Source of the DNA: a virus | Taxonomy: Duplodnaviria > Caudoviricetes | Direction: 5' to 3' (one strand) | Virus record (IMG/VR): IMGVR_UViG_3300034411_000277 | Span: 1 to 50,983 of that record | Length of the DNA: 50,983 nucleotides | Part shown: positions 42,601-48,284 of the stretch, one piece after another | How positions within the stretch are numbered: the stretch's first letter is position 1 | Layout of the letters: the number at the start of each line of letters is the position of its first letter | Notes under the pieces: model-generated | Databases searched by the model: none | What the model was told of the DNA's origin: nothing | The model's input: only the letters and a program-made list of their open reading frames with translations | Program-made: the position numbers and the translations under genes

Positions 42601-44019
42601 GTCCAAATAGGAAGCATTGATGCTGAATGTACTACCATTCGTCTCAAGTACCTCAAAACGGACACTGGTGTTATAGATGAAGCTGTTAGCAACGATATCA
42701 GCATAATCTTGGGCATCTCTAGTCGCAGTAGCAGGTAGGATGTTCTCTCCCAAGGTATCTACTACAATCTTCTCACCAATGCTGGTGAATGGGACGCCAT
42801 CCTCATCAAAAGAGATATCTGATAGTGTGCCTGTTAGTCTTAGTCTGACTTCTTCACCTTTATCGTTGATTCCGAATACGGTGATATCATCAATGATCTC
42901 ATCTCCGATAGCAATCGTCTTTTCTAGGTCAGAACAAGTAACTCCAAGGAACTGGTTTACAGTCCTTTCCTCATATTTGAAGATTGTGCCGTCTTGGGTG
43001 ATAAATTCGTTATTATCTCTAAAACCAATAGTGGTGTCTACGGTAATTGTAGTATCACCTTGCTTCCACGCCCTTTGTGCCTTGGTTCTGCCGGGAATGG
43101 TGAATAGTTTTCTCTCATTCTTGATTTCGTCATTAGAGACGAATAAGTAGAGTCTGTAATATAGTCTTCCGTCTCTAGTAAACGGCTCAATCTCAGATAC
43201 AGCACCAAATACGCTTACATCGTTGCTTTGGAAGATTGTTTTGCCTTTTAGCTCAGAAGGATTACCTTCGATTGGAATTGCAACAGAGAAATCTCTTCTG
43301 GAATAAGCTGCATCAGAAGATTTGATCAAGAACTGCTCTAGATCAATAACAGTTGGGTCTTGACCGTATAGAACACGGAATAGAATCTCAAATGACTCTT
43401 CACTACCCTTTGTCTGGTAGAAAGAACGTGCTTGACGGATCCAGTTTCCAGTATTGATTTCACTATTGACTTCGATGTTCTCGAAACCAGGAGCAAACGT
43501 AAATTTGATCTTCTCGTAGAACTCTTTTAGGAATAATGTGCTTAGGTTCTTTACAGATGCTTCAATTTCGTGGCTAGCAGCAGTAGTTTGCTCAAAAACT
43601 AGCTCTGCTGGGTTGGATGGATCGGTATAACTGGTGATACCACTAAATCCACGGATAACACCCGTGAATGAATTGGTTGTGATGCCGGTATATGTGAGAA
43701 TTTCGTCATCAACCTTCAATAAACCCCACTCATTTGGAAAGCTTTTAGTGGAATTTACGAATACTACGCTATCTTCCTCGGAAATGGATTGGGTAAGGAA
43801 GAATTCGCCGGAAATGGCTTCGGTTGTAAGGTTAGCTAGGTCAAGATACTGGTCCAAATTGGTCGCGAAGTCCATCGCGCCACCCTGGAACTCCTGGGAG
43901 ACATAAAATTGCTTTAAAAAGTCGTCAGTTAGTGGGGAATCACTTCGAATATACTCTGGAAGTTGGGAAGAGACAATATCCTGAATCTTCACCCTCACAT
44001 CAATACCAGTACCAATCAT
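27610..44019 (-). CDS. gp7: Giant baseplate wedge initiator gp7 (5469 aa)
   Basis: Between g6 and g8; V.SQLPEY...FLKQFY.SQE, FYQTKGSE.SF.ILFR.LYG, DNDYYQNLSYSIKS...LVHPAG.K.F; YHYH-like segment and nested repeats. Confidence 0.9.
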   Translation of the reverse strand: MIGTGIDVRVKIQDIVSSQLPEYIRSDSPLTDDFLKQFYVSQEFQGGAMDFATNLDQYLDLANLTTEAISGEFFLTQSISEEDSVVFVNSTKSFPNEWGLLKVDDEILTYTGITTNSFTGVIRGFSGITSYTDPSNPAELVFEQTTAASHEIEASVKNLSTLFLKEFYEKIKFTFAPGFENIEVNSEINTGNWIRQARSFYQTKGSEESFEILFRVLYGQDPTVIDLEQFLIKSSDAAYSRRDFSVAIPIEGNPSELKGKTIFQSNDVSVFGAVSEIEPFTRDGRLYYRLYLFVSNDEIKNERKLFTIPGRTKAQRAWKQGDTTITVDTTIGFRDNNEFITQDGTIFKYEERTVNQFLGVTCSDLEKTIAIGDEIIDDITVFGINDKGEEVRLRLTGTLSDISFDEDGVPFTSIGEKIVVDTLGENILPATATRDAQDYADIVANSFIYNTSVRFEVLETNGSTFSINASYLDKSYINEGDFVDFLTRNSQEVLLENRVVNSVDFLNATITVSDTSGLPLNALIDIRRKQNFATSSNTNIDYGNDAVLSNVINLYDAREYDSNFYVATNSLPSYEMDVEVIESVISGITTTNFEEFDKFEDVFNTLVFETPVPFLTGDLIRYTTNSKVTTPICEISEYFVEVLSDPRKIRLFISPSFIGSTNAVGFNGVVSPGDHIFTLATQSGREIRSQRTYRKIPISDTQLLQNITISRTPVEVDPGTVAVLTNGVEILSYKGASKVYLGPIVEVDPVAGGRGYSVTSPPEIIIEDPDLQLVAPTTVGPSTAYVTPVIKGKLEKILIDPQDFDVDKVFSISVVGGNSPGASAIPLIERRRRSVPFDSRIVALGGGIDAEDESILFLNDHKFSLGEEIVYNSKGAQSISIARAGGTNSGSAANVLADGGIYYCEPLNSRTIRIYPTQGDLRAGVNTVGFTSTGNGYGIQSFDTLSKSRITGATIIEDGGDFYYRNMQFRPENVFIEYDEIRYPKHGFNSGELVEYGNTETSIGGLSTSNQYYVEKLTDDSFKLADAGIGGTSKFDYDRKDFVNFTSTGVGTHNVKYPDVVVDIVVSFASTVTGIITATPFIRGEIESTYVDEGGYYGSDILNFQKNPKVTTVRGEGARLTPVVVEGEIISILILSKGINYPDSPDVIVTDPEGGGQGAVLRAIVVDGSIEEVLILSPGLGYKQETTKTTVVDPADGAILTPRIRDLSVNLQERFGFQSLIDNNYAIVSYDRTIRENVYNDVGFTHSPIIGWANDGNPIYGGFALDDPENFNSGFRAMKTAYELDPSIIEGRPSEFLYPSGFFVEDFKYVDNGDLDEYNGRYCRTPEFPNGVYAYFAGISTDAQSLEREPQFPYFVGPKFRDAPIRSRSGDVDQDFNINDKPIYRNTQPYAVGNPFMGSEFLDQSYLFDTQEAIIDTIKQGGVDGIDIIGAGVSYSIGEIAVFDQEQDNLSVVISEITGKEVLSVINEKLEYTKDVTKIVRKDKTTVSVYVDPKHDYLDDDSVVFSGLTTSLESLGGTKRIAVDNSFMTLFSPMEANQFPGYTDIFVNSLTDNISVGSSLVVGFGLTTEGCEIINIFPINKALRVLRPLGLGISFGIGAQLNVIPDRFDVSVTLPEFESQLDEVYYFNPLQTVGFGTRGADGKSFGTVYSIGNINYNLDIPVGRIFAPDHGFVGVEPAIFSIGDEDDDRLVIDDGTTISPLPSTGTTEQLIFVERLSRDYIGIRTSADGNNVFIPGGGEDLPTYSIRTTRYSEGANIARLDAVVTTATPHELENGDAITMRILPTGDSGVGTDKEVTLLFDEISQSLITNPRNVEPVGIDTVANIINIESHNFVLGDYVLYTSVGIESVGGLELHQKYYVVPFDSNRFQLAETFEDIKPGSELIIDLTSVGVSTHTLSLVNPKIAVTKNNNIKFDVSDPSLLGYELKFFYDQTLTEIFESNGIDDEFPIVGVGTLGLEDGVRTINYSPNNPTAIYYGVEKGGYISTADTDTINNNTVVLIESNYNISNRIVNVGLNTFKYSLYNNPESTEYFAIDADIQYKTSSRNALGGVANTRIISSGDNFSDLPEFITINSEFGSAATLRAKSDSIGKLANFNIQNPGWSYSADNTLNPKGIIQSKIEFGDSDFITSIDILSSGSGYQNAPNSVLVDAVTRQVIESGSIEFAVQNSGISEVIIDVAPSGLSKNRHELFTTNNSNGIPILTINSIDQNVGVVTFGIQTPILGYATKPFEVGDRVFIENIISEFGEFANMNSEDYGYSFFQVVDEGIEDGRIFIGVKYPEEAIDNIGVAVTFQGAFSSVVNKNIYPEFTVNQNTAILIVGERVSIIDELGNAADTDLVVEQSNTNFFKVRGGYDILPGDVLKGNVSGITVTITAIDSSECRFEIGAVSRISTGWNNQTGFLNEEYQVTPDNDYYQNLSYSIKSEVTFEEMIGPINRLVHPAGLKNFADVKLESSAGIAFTSSTGTSITVDLIGLTDVELTPLRVDRINNFDLGYDQNVRDNITNAIRFNSRTPNKRLTDYIEVRTNRVLLHDDISNEFIDADNVRSQKEYIDFNVINSLYTRGLLQVRNPFTDQVELTEIIALTYDNNAFTLQKAIVSDNEKGYGTFEAIALPSTEYTMRYTSDDQEEFDVDLKLFTNSFTFEDESFKQIGNAQLGGLERSIESGSQAIVFTASSEQIEAISLQVTLIDSRDQASYVEIYAFRIRDDAFQAIYGFSGNTLKNVNEDFVGEFNVKVDSVSGADVLLVEYQNTSDGTILLTTKSTEFSETTLGSTPYRFKRGNIPAGTERSLILDSLRNVGPVTSPIELARYDSGLFQSVRSLVYLRNDTFATIQQVMFVNSAGSTYTNEYPFITEGDGIPGPGIGTFGAEVVGPDMVLFFYPDTNLAGGNISANVYNETIYRDLDSLNYRNIPLVYAQSEETYFIDRFIAPLGQRTNNVRFPLRYEGIPIYQKTIDPATDLIDIGSNGFNVIDSPDHFFSTGERLFYTPESSVKELASEAIDIQSINIPGIGITTKMPNVVYAIKRDLNRFSVAGTYDDAINRDALIITGIGSGNAHTFEMSQKLEKTVITIDGVLQSPITSSNKVYTLDETIDETEELLTLAGIGTISVGDLLLVGGTEFVKIDNVGFGTGTEGPINNTGTTPLIRVERGVVGSIATSHTQGASMDLYRGSYNLVASDIIFTEAPSGKGALTVNENNLVEFNSSFQGRTFLQREYDKIAVFDDISDKFDGETSAFTLTSAGSTINEIENGSGLLLINDIYQTPTTDNNEGNNYEYAYNPVAGINSVIFTGITSENGDQVLSEFDVNQNQIPRGGLIVSLGSTPGLGYAPLYGASIEAEVSGGAITGIITENQIGVTTDIKYADYDNETGEMVVTAYGEPTTAKINIGVATYQNISGQLLIESPVSLSSINLDEGDVVVIEGLEFDCAGLSTESIPVVNAPYDHVSGIVTVTLSSPHNSEIGERIVLTGLNYVCNSYQLNAVDIIDAPYDDVTGIVTITTAIPHTLVPSDTVQLRGLEYECNGTSLETFNVLDVLYDYTTGITTVTLDGAHGSRTGWRIQLSDIEFDCDGASLRTLDVTDAPYDSTTGLATVTFFGNHLASVGERMQLSGIEYECEGTSFVTLNVVDAPYNATTGRAIIDLDAPHNQVVGSRVQLSGIEYECAGTSLSTLNVFNAQYDNTSGITTLTFLANHDSEVGDRIQLSGLEFDCPDSLDIFNVLGAGYNNATGILTVRCSTSNANLFVGRKVRLENIDFRCAVGPELKTYPVNPDFEYDVLTVIDATTFEINVGYSTRSSSIIAAEFDTDSGITTITIDNPDKSIIAGEQVRIDSLVFDDSYTGTNRFYDITNVVDSTTFEISNESSYVSSGVVTADYDNLTGIVEIILTQDAVDSVSVGSSVLLTNFKWVCSQPGISTYPVTPSSFEVLSVTGVGGTIITIGAGTTSEPHFYYGSGQVDINYYAPTFISGAVTLGYEENIFQYDSQATAKLGFTTTTYPDGINGYEFEVIEVLANNRLAVNVGPSSITHNYVSGGIGTVGFTTNFFPDGTYGYEFEILSVPSTTQLEVSVGAIPGIVHNYVSGGIATVGLTTNFFPDGTNGYEFEILDINSPNTLTINVGSIPGITHTYVTGGIGTVGFTTDNYPDGTNGYEFEILETPSLNTLVVNTGAAPYPHTYVSGGIGTVGITTTVFPDGTNGYQFVVLSVGSATEFTVNVGAIGGIEHTYVGAGTAFVGFTTTIFPDGTNGYEFEITDILGSRVFACNVGPSPFPHEYDFGGEATVGFNTSIFPDKDPAYEVVSIVNDNIFSIDVGSIIRIPHTYIGGGTFQRHEPFFFGADGQQPEFVYLNRIEFSCPSPEGGGYDRSLKVVEAPYDETTGIVTIKTSGQHKRVAGNLVTLRDLQYDCAGTSETTLNVTNVIYDDLSGISTITFDAAHGSENGYFLQLSGIEFDCAGTSLTTLTVLDAPYDNTTGIVTVLFDGEHKTSTGQTVQLTGLGYTCNNTSLTELGIVTANYANLSGVVTLEVDGAHGRLSGDKIRLEDLTFSCDSGGLPGSNVFPRPEVEGTEFEVTNVISPTELQINVGGNVFAHEYEFGGSMFVGITSTIFPSGNDGYEFTVLTTPDENTITIGVGTLPFGQEYVTGGIGTCGITTTFFPDGTNGYRFEILDTPSLTTLVVNTGAAPGIQHTYVSGGIGTVGFTTSYFPDGTNGYEFPIQTVLDSFTVELNVGPVPGIVHTYVDGGTMSVGLNTDFFPDKAEAFPFVFLDDAAHFRVLVGRSEFDHTYVDGGTIGQYSMNNVGSGYNFPVVSIGITEKGHVGTAASIIAIPGPGGELTNFTILDPGSGYTNPYIWAPDPNYANLPVTGVFRRSTGFGTETGNNLFITCEVGASKTTAIGRSEFFEVSNFELSNQGFGFLPGDVVEVVGLVTDKRLSAPIEPFQVTILETFTDNFSAWNFGELDYIDSVKRLQDGDRTRFPLIYKGEPFSFEQNPADEESSAIDLDSILLIFVNTVLQVPGLNYTFDGGTSFDFARAPFKEDDIDIYFYRGKRNVDSRIVTEVDESIRPGDELQIKKNDALEDTKTQNIRTVTEIASSDTVRTNLYFGNNDIEEVKPREVAWDKQKRDIFIYGEVAPKTRDSLEPIIRPNSSIIASVDKAATEIFVDNSFLFEYESEVLSDVVLRGLTGRMYKKLSSFETASLEAVVDPDGFISSVNIIDPGLGYPPGGAGVIVYIDPPPGVSAPPDDPRRCQLLVIFNAAGSVLNAAILNRGSGYLPEKPPLITVVEPPLTEGSSLTNTGDYEDIESIEIVEGFSGIITGIQRTNGSSPVIGNGIRFFYKTDSDQGNLNALQPGYFVVVGGTSVGLGVTAIFNSAANQVGSGRSFIDSVYQIWDHVPFSRVGYFDVDTLPLSDPAIDILGSNVGHFSWGRIANITRDIETSIDIPVGNQLFTPDMANYPTIIRTAEGLRNEGGISKRG
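29656..33948 (-). repeat. Nested half-domain repeat array in gp7
   Basis: Runs of A halves (V..A.YD..TG..T.T....H....G..V.L.G.E(F/Y).C) followed by equal-length runs of B halves (T..FPDGTNGYEFEI......L.VNVG.....HTYV.GG); 33-nt perfect repeat at 31276-31308 and 31567-31599. Confidence 0.9.
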
Positions 44020-44035
44020 AATGAGATACCTGTTT

Positions 44036-45964
44036 TTACCTTGTTAGCTTTCCATTTCCGTAACTTGACGTTACTGAGAATCCGACACCAGAGATCTGTT
44101 CACCACTAGAAATCGTATCCCTAACCATATTTATCTCACTTGCAGAAACGTCAAATGAGACATAAAGATCCTTCAATCCAAGTACGTCATTGGATTGTGG
44201 ATATGCCTGAACTTCGATTACTCTATTGGGCTTATTGGTTGAACTAATACGTGTTGTGAAGAGTTGAATCTCACCTTTGGTGTAATCAATGACTCCTGCC
44301 TCATCAACAACTACGGTATAACCAACGTTACCAGTTTCTGCGTCAAACTTCTCACTGATGAATGAGATCTTACCTTTGCCGCTTCCATCAAGCGCACCAG
44401 ATGCCGTTGTATTGGGGATATCGGTAAGATAGATGGTTTGACTGTTACCGAAGATCTGGAAGCCTGTGGACTTGATAGAGCCCCCTCCTGGGATGATGTA
44501 GAAGCCGTTACCGAAACATAGCTCATACTGAGCAAACGTGTCTAGAGCAGCAGCTAGGTTCCTTCTGATGAGCACTCTACTGATGTTAGACGTGATAGCC
44601 ATAGACGTGTCGTCAATAACCTTCTGAGCCTTAGAATACTTGAATCTTCCACCGAACTTGTTTAGGTCAATACTAGAAGAGTATGTTTCAAGTGATCTGA
44701 TTACCTCCGCTTTCAAGCTATTAGCAGAAGGTGTCTGAGTCTCGTTATAGTAGACCGCACTTTCAAGCTCAACAAAGAGAATCTTGAGATCTACGATCTT
44801 CTGGTTCATACCAGCAATCGTATATTGCTTCAATTTCTCTAAAATAACGGTTTTGTCGAAATCACTAACATCAGTACCATTACTAGGTTTGATACTAATG
44901 ATGATATTACCGAATTGTGGGGGATCAAGCTCTTCACCACCAACAACAGAAACGGATTCTGTATTTGGATAAACTTCTTTGATGATGGCTTCGTAGTCAC
45001 GTGCCGTCACAGCTCTGTATTGGGCTGCGTACTGCTTGGGAGCGTAGTACTTTACAGATTGTATGGTCTCAATGTTTGTGCCGTTTCTAGAGGCTTCTAG
45101 AGTGGTTATAACGACGGGTGTGCTAGAGGTAATGATGACGCCATTTGCTGACGCAATAGAACCTGTGAAAGAGAACCTAGAAGGACCATTGCCGTCCTTG
45201 CCGTCAGTGACGATATATGAACTGTTTACAGTCTGCCCTTGTTGTAGCTTCTTACCGAAGATACCATCGCCGAAAATAAGCTCATAGTACTCATTATCAA
45301 CTTCGCTGAGATAGAAGATTTCGCTATCGTCTTTGATTCCGATGATATTATCGGAACGGTTCCACATATTTCCACGACCTTGCTCATTCTGGTCTTGAAT
45401 GAATACTCTTAGAGTTGTATAGTCGATCTTATTATTACTTAGAATGAATCTCTGATCGAGAGATCCATCATATGCAAATGCTTTCTGTAGGTAAGTTCCC
45501 TGGAAGATCTCAATAGGTTCTTCTACTGTACCGAAGACAGCTACACCATCCTCTACCGTAGTTGTAATGTCGTTCGGGACTGAGAATAGGAAGTCTGTAT
45601 CGTCCGCCGCACCCACTGCTACCAACCCGGCTTTCAAGGTTAGAGTGGGGGTATCAACTGTGGTCGATACAGTGAAAGTAACCTTTGCAACCGCAGCTCT
45701 TGTAGACATTGGTAAGTAACCAATGTTGCCTGCTAATGATACAACATTCCTTCTTAGAGTGGCTGAATCTAGGAAAGACTCATTCACAATCATATTGGCG
45801 TTGACTGAGTTGATGTAGGCATTGTAAGCCAAAGTATCAACTAGTACAGAGAAGTTAGACCCCTCAAAGTCAAATCCAGTAAAATCTGAATTGGCTCTAA
45901 GATAATCTTTTACAGATGCTCTGATTTGATCGTAATCTAGATTGGTAAACTTAGTAAAAGCCAT
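44036..45964 (-). CDS. gp6: Baseplate wedge subunit gp6
   Basis: LDYDQI..S.K.YL....DF..FDFEGSN.S.L.D.LAYN, NESFLDSA.LR.NVVS.A, FGDG.FGK, QYRAVTA.DY. Confidence 0.97.
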   Translation of the reverse strand: MAFTKFTNLDYDQIRASVKDYLRANSDFTGFDFEGSNFSVLVDTLAYNAYINSVNANMIVNESFLDSATLRRNVVSLAGNIGYLPMSTRAAVAKVTFTVSTTVDTPTLTLKAGLVAVGAADDTDFLFSVPNDITTTVEDGVAVFGTVEEPIEIFQGTYLQKAFAYDGSLDQRFILSNNKIDYTTLRVFIQDQNEQGRGNMWNRSDNIIGIKDDSEIFYLSEVDNEYYELIFGDGIFGKKLQQGQTVNSSYIVTDGKDGNGPSRFSFTGSIASANGVIITSSTPVVITTLEASRNGTNIETIQSVKYYAPKQYAAQYRAVTARDYEAIIKEVYPNTESVSVVGGEELDPPQFGNIIISIKPSNGTDVSDFDKTVILEKLKQYTIAGMNQKIVDLKILFVELESAVYYNETQTPSANSLKAEVIRSLETYSSSIDLNKFGGRFKYSKAQKVIDDTSMAITSNISRVLIRRNLAAALDTFAQYELCFGNGFYIIPGGGSIKSTGFQIFGNSQTIYLTDIPNTTASGALDGSGKGKISFISEKFDAETGNVGYTVVVDEAGVIDYTKGEIQLFTTRISSTNKPNRVIEVQAYPQSNDVLGLKDLYVSFDVSASEINMVRDTISSGEQISGVGFSVTSSYGNGKLTR

Positions 45965-46368
45965 TACCTAGTAGCCTCTAAGATGAATGTATACGTTTGT
46001 GTTGGAAACGACTGTCCGATAATGTTGTAATTGACCACAACCTCAAATTCGTTGGTATCTGGTCTTGGTTGTACGAATACTTTCAAGTCATTGACTCTCG
46101 GCTCGTAAGCTGAAATGGATTCTACGATTTGGATACGTACGTTTTCGGCAGTACCGAAGTCAACTAGCTCAAAAAGCTGGCTTCTGACGTCAGAACCAAA
46201 ATCTGGATTGAAAAACTTCTCTCCAGGAATCGTTTCTACGATGTTTCTTACTGAGCGCATAATAGCTCGCTCATTTTTTAGCACCGGAAGGTCTCCCGTA
46301 ACCGGATGTGGTTGGAAGGAGAGACTAATATCTTTGAATGCTCTAGAAATACGTGAGATTTCCGCCAT
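45964..46368 (-). CDS. gp25: Baseplate wedge subunit gp25
   Basis: FKDISLSF..HPVT.D, NE.AI.RSVRN.V.T.PGE.FFNP.FGS, YEPRV. Confidence 0.96.
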   Translation of the reverse strand: MAEISRISRAFKDISLSFQPHPVTGDLPVLKNERAIMRSVRNIVETIPGEKFFNPDFGSDVRSQLFELVDFGTAENVRIQIVESISAYEPRVNDLKVFVQPRPDTNEFEVVVNYNIIGQSFPTQTYTFILEATR

Positions 46369-46379
46369 TTCAGTCGGGA

Positions 46380-46395
46380 TATTTATATTTATTTA
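46380..46395 (-). promoter_or_regulatory. Overlapping late promoter motifs upstream of g25
   Basis: TATAAATA at 46380-46387 plus TAAATA at 46386-46391 and 46390-46395. Confidence 0.7.
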
Positions 46396-46404
46396 TGAAC
46401 CCAT

Positions 46405-46435
46405 AAAAAAAGGACCCCTAAACAAGGGATCCTTT
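46405..46435 (-). terminator. Intrinsic terminator upstream of the g25 promoter
   Basis: AGGATCCCT-TGTTT-AGGGGTCCT followed by a T run. Confidence 0.8.
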
Positions 46436-46439
46436 CACT

Positions 46440-46571
46440 TCATTCTTCGGTTTTAGCTTCAGTGGCGGCTTTTTCGGCTGCTTGGCGGTCTCTTTGCCTC
46501 AAAGCGCGGTCTAAAGCGCCATAATCTGTTACTAAAACGACACCGGCAACGCGATCTACTGGTCTTCCCAT
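46440..46571 (-). CDS. Small hypothetical protein, 43 aa (absent from ORF track)
   Basis: MGRPVDRVAGVVLVTDYGALDRALRQRDRQAAEKAATEAKTEE; TAAATA at 46659-46664 upstream, terminator downstream. Confidence 0.65.
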   Translation of the reverse strand: MGRPVDRVAGVVLVTDYGALDRALRQRDRQAAEKAATEAKTEE

Positions 46572-46720
46572 AAGTTTTGTCCAAAATAAGTACATTTTAG
46601 AACTTTTTAAGGGGTTCCTATCCCATTAGTCAGTCTAAAGTCCCTTTGGAACCATAATTATTTAGTTGGGGCGAAGCCCTAGGGTCCCAAAAGGGTTAGT
46701 TTTGAAAAAAAAGATGCGAA

Positions 46721-46855
46721 TCAGCCGCGTCCTTGCCCACGATACCGCCTTTTCTTCACATTCCGGCTCGTTGCAGAGAGCTTCGTGCGGTTGGAACGAC
46801 CCTGACGGGTCTTCTTACCAGGGGTTTCGTTTTTTACCTGTGTCTTTCCGAGCAT
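46721..46855 (-). CDS. Small basic protein, 44 aa (absent from ORF track)
   Basis: MLGKTQVKNETPGKKTRQGRSNRTKLSATSRNVKKRRYRGQGRG; KKTRQG...YRGQG pattern recalled from T4-like cyanophages. Confidence 0.8.
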   Translation of the reverse strand: MLGKTQVKNETPGKKTRQGRSNRTKLSATSRNVKKRRYRGQGRG

Positions 46856-46857
46856 AA

Positions 46858-47022
46858 TTAGGATTCCTTTATGTAAGTAGTGTGTGAAATGGTTGATGGG
46901 TCTGGAAAGCCCATCTTATAGTAAGCATTTGAGAGATCAGACATCACATCAAAGAAGACCTCTTGCGAGACGCCCTTGTGAACCGTCTGTCCTTCAATAA
47001 TTATATCGTATACCTGTTCCAT
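46858..47022 (-). CDS. Small hypothetical protein, 54 aa (absent from ORF track)
   Basis: MEQVYDIIIEGQTVHKGVSQEVFFDVMSDLSNAYYKMGFPDPSTISHTTYIKES; stop is 2 nt from the next ATG. Confidence 0.75.
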   Translation of the reverse strand: MEQVYDIIIEGQTVHKGVSQEVFFDVMSDLSNAYYKMGFPDPSTISHTTYIKES

Positions 47023-47057
47023 AGTCAAGGGGTGAATGGGGTAGATTTCAAACGAAT

Positions 47058-47080
47058 AAAAAAAGGAGCCTTTCGGCTCC
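47058..47080 (-). terminator. Intrinsic terminator after the GT-like gene
   Basis: GGAGCC-GAAA-GGCTCC followed by seven T. Confidence 0.9.
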
Positions 47081-47107
47081 CTGTATTATACCACCTTTGG
47101 GGGCGGA

Positions 47108-47875
47108 TCAGATAACTCTGGTCTTTTCGTGTCCAACACGGATGCGGGGATCACACCAGATCTCATAACCAGCGGCGATAGCGTCTAAGCAGAAGCTGAC
47201 GTCTTCTCCACACATATCCTGTACTTTGCCTGAATCAAAGACTTGCATCTTAGGAGCGAACCAGGGGTACTTCATCTCGGGGTTCTCAAATACACCGTTC
47301 TTGATTAGGATCCAACCAAAACCAGCATAGTCAACGGTGAAAGGCTTCTTACGCTTGGAGATACCATCAACCATCTCGTGGTTCATAACACCGCCGTTCT
47401 TAGCGAAGTCGTCTTCCTCTAACCAATGAGCAACGGAAGTAGTACGACCGTCTTCTGTACAATACCAACCAGTAGCAATGTCCTTATCCATAAGAACAAG
47501 TTGTAGGAGCTTCTCAGTATTGAAGATGATGTCTGAGTCAATCCAAAGCTGATAGTCATACTTCAAGCGACCATCCCAAGGAATCTGGTCGGGTCCACGT
47601 AGTACGTTAGCGCCTAGGCACTTACAACGTGCGAAGTTTACCATTGAGCTGTAGTCCTGAGAGATCTGAATAGATGCTCCCATTTGAACTAAGTCAAAAC
47701 ACATTTGAACAAAGTTCTTCAAATAGATGTAGCTAACGCCACGACCTGGGAGACAGAATACAATGCTCTTACCTCGGAGCATTTCTTTTGCCTTTTCATA
47801 ATCCCATTCAACAGCAGCCGCAGCTTCTTGACCCTTGGGGGGTTCCTTAGCCTTTACAGTAAATCCTTTAGCCAT
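47108..47875 (-). CDS. GT-A fold glycosyltransferase-like protein
   Basis: YDYQLWIDSDIIF (DxD), GFG.ILIK..VFE, GEDVSFC...G.EIW.DP.I.VGH. Confidence 0.8.
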   Translation of the reverse strand: MAKGFTVKAKEPPKGQEAAAAVEWDYEKAKEMLRGKSIVFCLPGRGVSYIYLKNFVQMCFDLVQMGASIQISQDYSSMVNFARCKCLGANVLRGPDQIPWDGRLKYDYQLWIDSDIIFNTEKLLQLVLMDKDIATGWYCTEDGRTTSVAHWLEEDDFAKNGGVMNHEMVDGISKRKKPFTVDYAGFGWILIKNGVFENPEMKYPWFAPKMQVFDSGKVQDMCGEDVSFCLDAIAAGYEIWCDPRIRVGHEKTRVI

Positions 47876-47922
47876 AACAGTTAGTAATAATGAAACGTTT
47901 CAATTCAAACTAGTTTAGTCGT

Positions 47923-48117
47923 TCAATAGGACCCATCAGCAAGAGATTCTTGAGGTGGGTCGCATCGAACATAATCCACAATAGCACCATTATCAAGATC
48001 CGTCAACTCAAGGAATGCCCGGATAAATTGGATTTCCTTTCGAAATTCACTTTCCTGTAAATTGTGCTTCACACACTTATCGTTCACATAAATGTGGTAT
48101 AGGGATTCATAGATCAT
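47923..48117 (-). CDS. Hypothetical protein
   Basis: 64 aa, YHIY..DKC.KHNL.E.EF; ATGA overlap with the upstream ORF. Confidence 0.75.
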   Translation of the reverse strand: MIYESLYHIYVNDKCVKHNLQESEFRKEIQFIRAFLELTDLDNGAIVDYVRCDPPQESLADGSY

Positions 48118-48284
48118 TTTTCAATCTCACGTAGAATTAGCTCATCCCCTTCGACGGTCCACTCTAGCTCAGTTCCTTCGTACCAACCCATCTCATTTAA
48201 GATTATTTGTGGAACCGGAAGGACCAGTTCACCAGAGGCAACGTCTTCTTGTAGTTCGACTACAAATCGTTGGTCTCTGTCCAT
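48114..48284 (-). CDS. Small protein resembling an AbrB/MazE swapped-hairpin domain, 56 aa (absent from ORF track)
   Basis: MDRDQRFVVELQEDVASGELVLPVPQIILNEMGWYEGTELEWTVEGDELILREIEK; P..I...MGW.EG..LEW...G..LIL pattern. Confidence 0.7.
   Translation of the reverse strand: MDRDQRFVVELQEDVASGELVLPVPQIILNEMGWYEGTELEWTVEGDELILREIEK

Noticed and set aside
1055-46456. Many plus-strand and alternative-frame ORFs of 60-140 aa inside structural genes
   Set aside because: They are shadows of the minus-strand codon pattern, with no recognisable motifs or expression signals.
46666-46857. Plus-strand 63-aa ORF
   Set aside because: It is antisense to the KKTRQG...YRGQG basic peptide gene.
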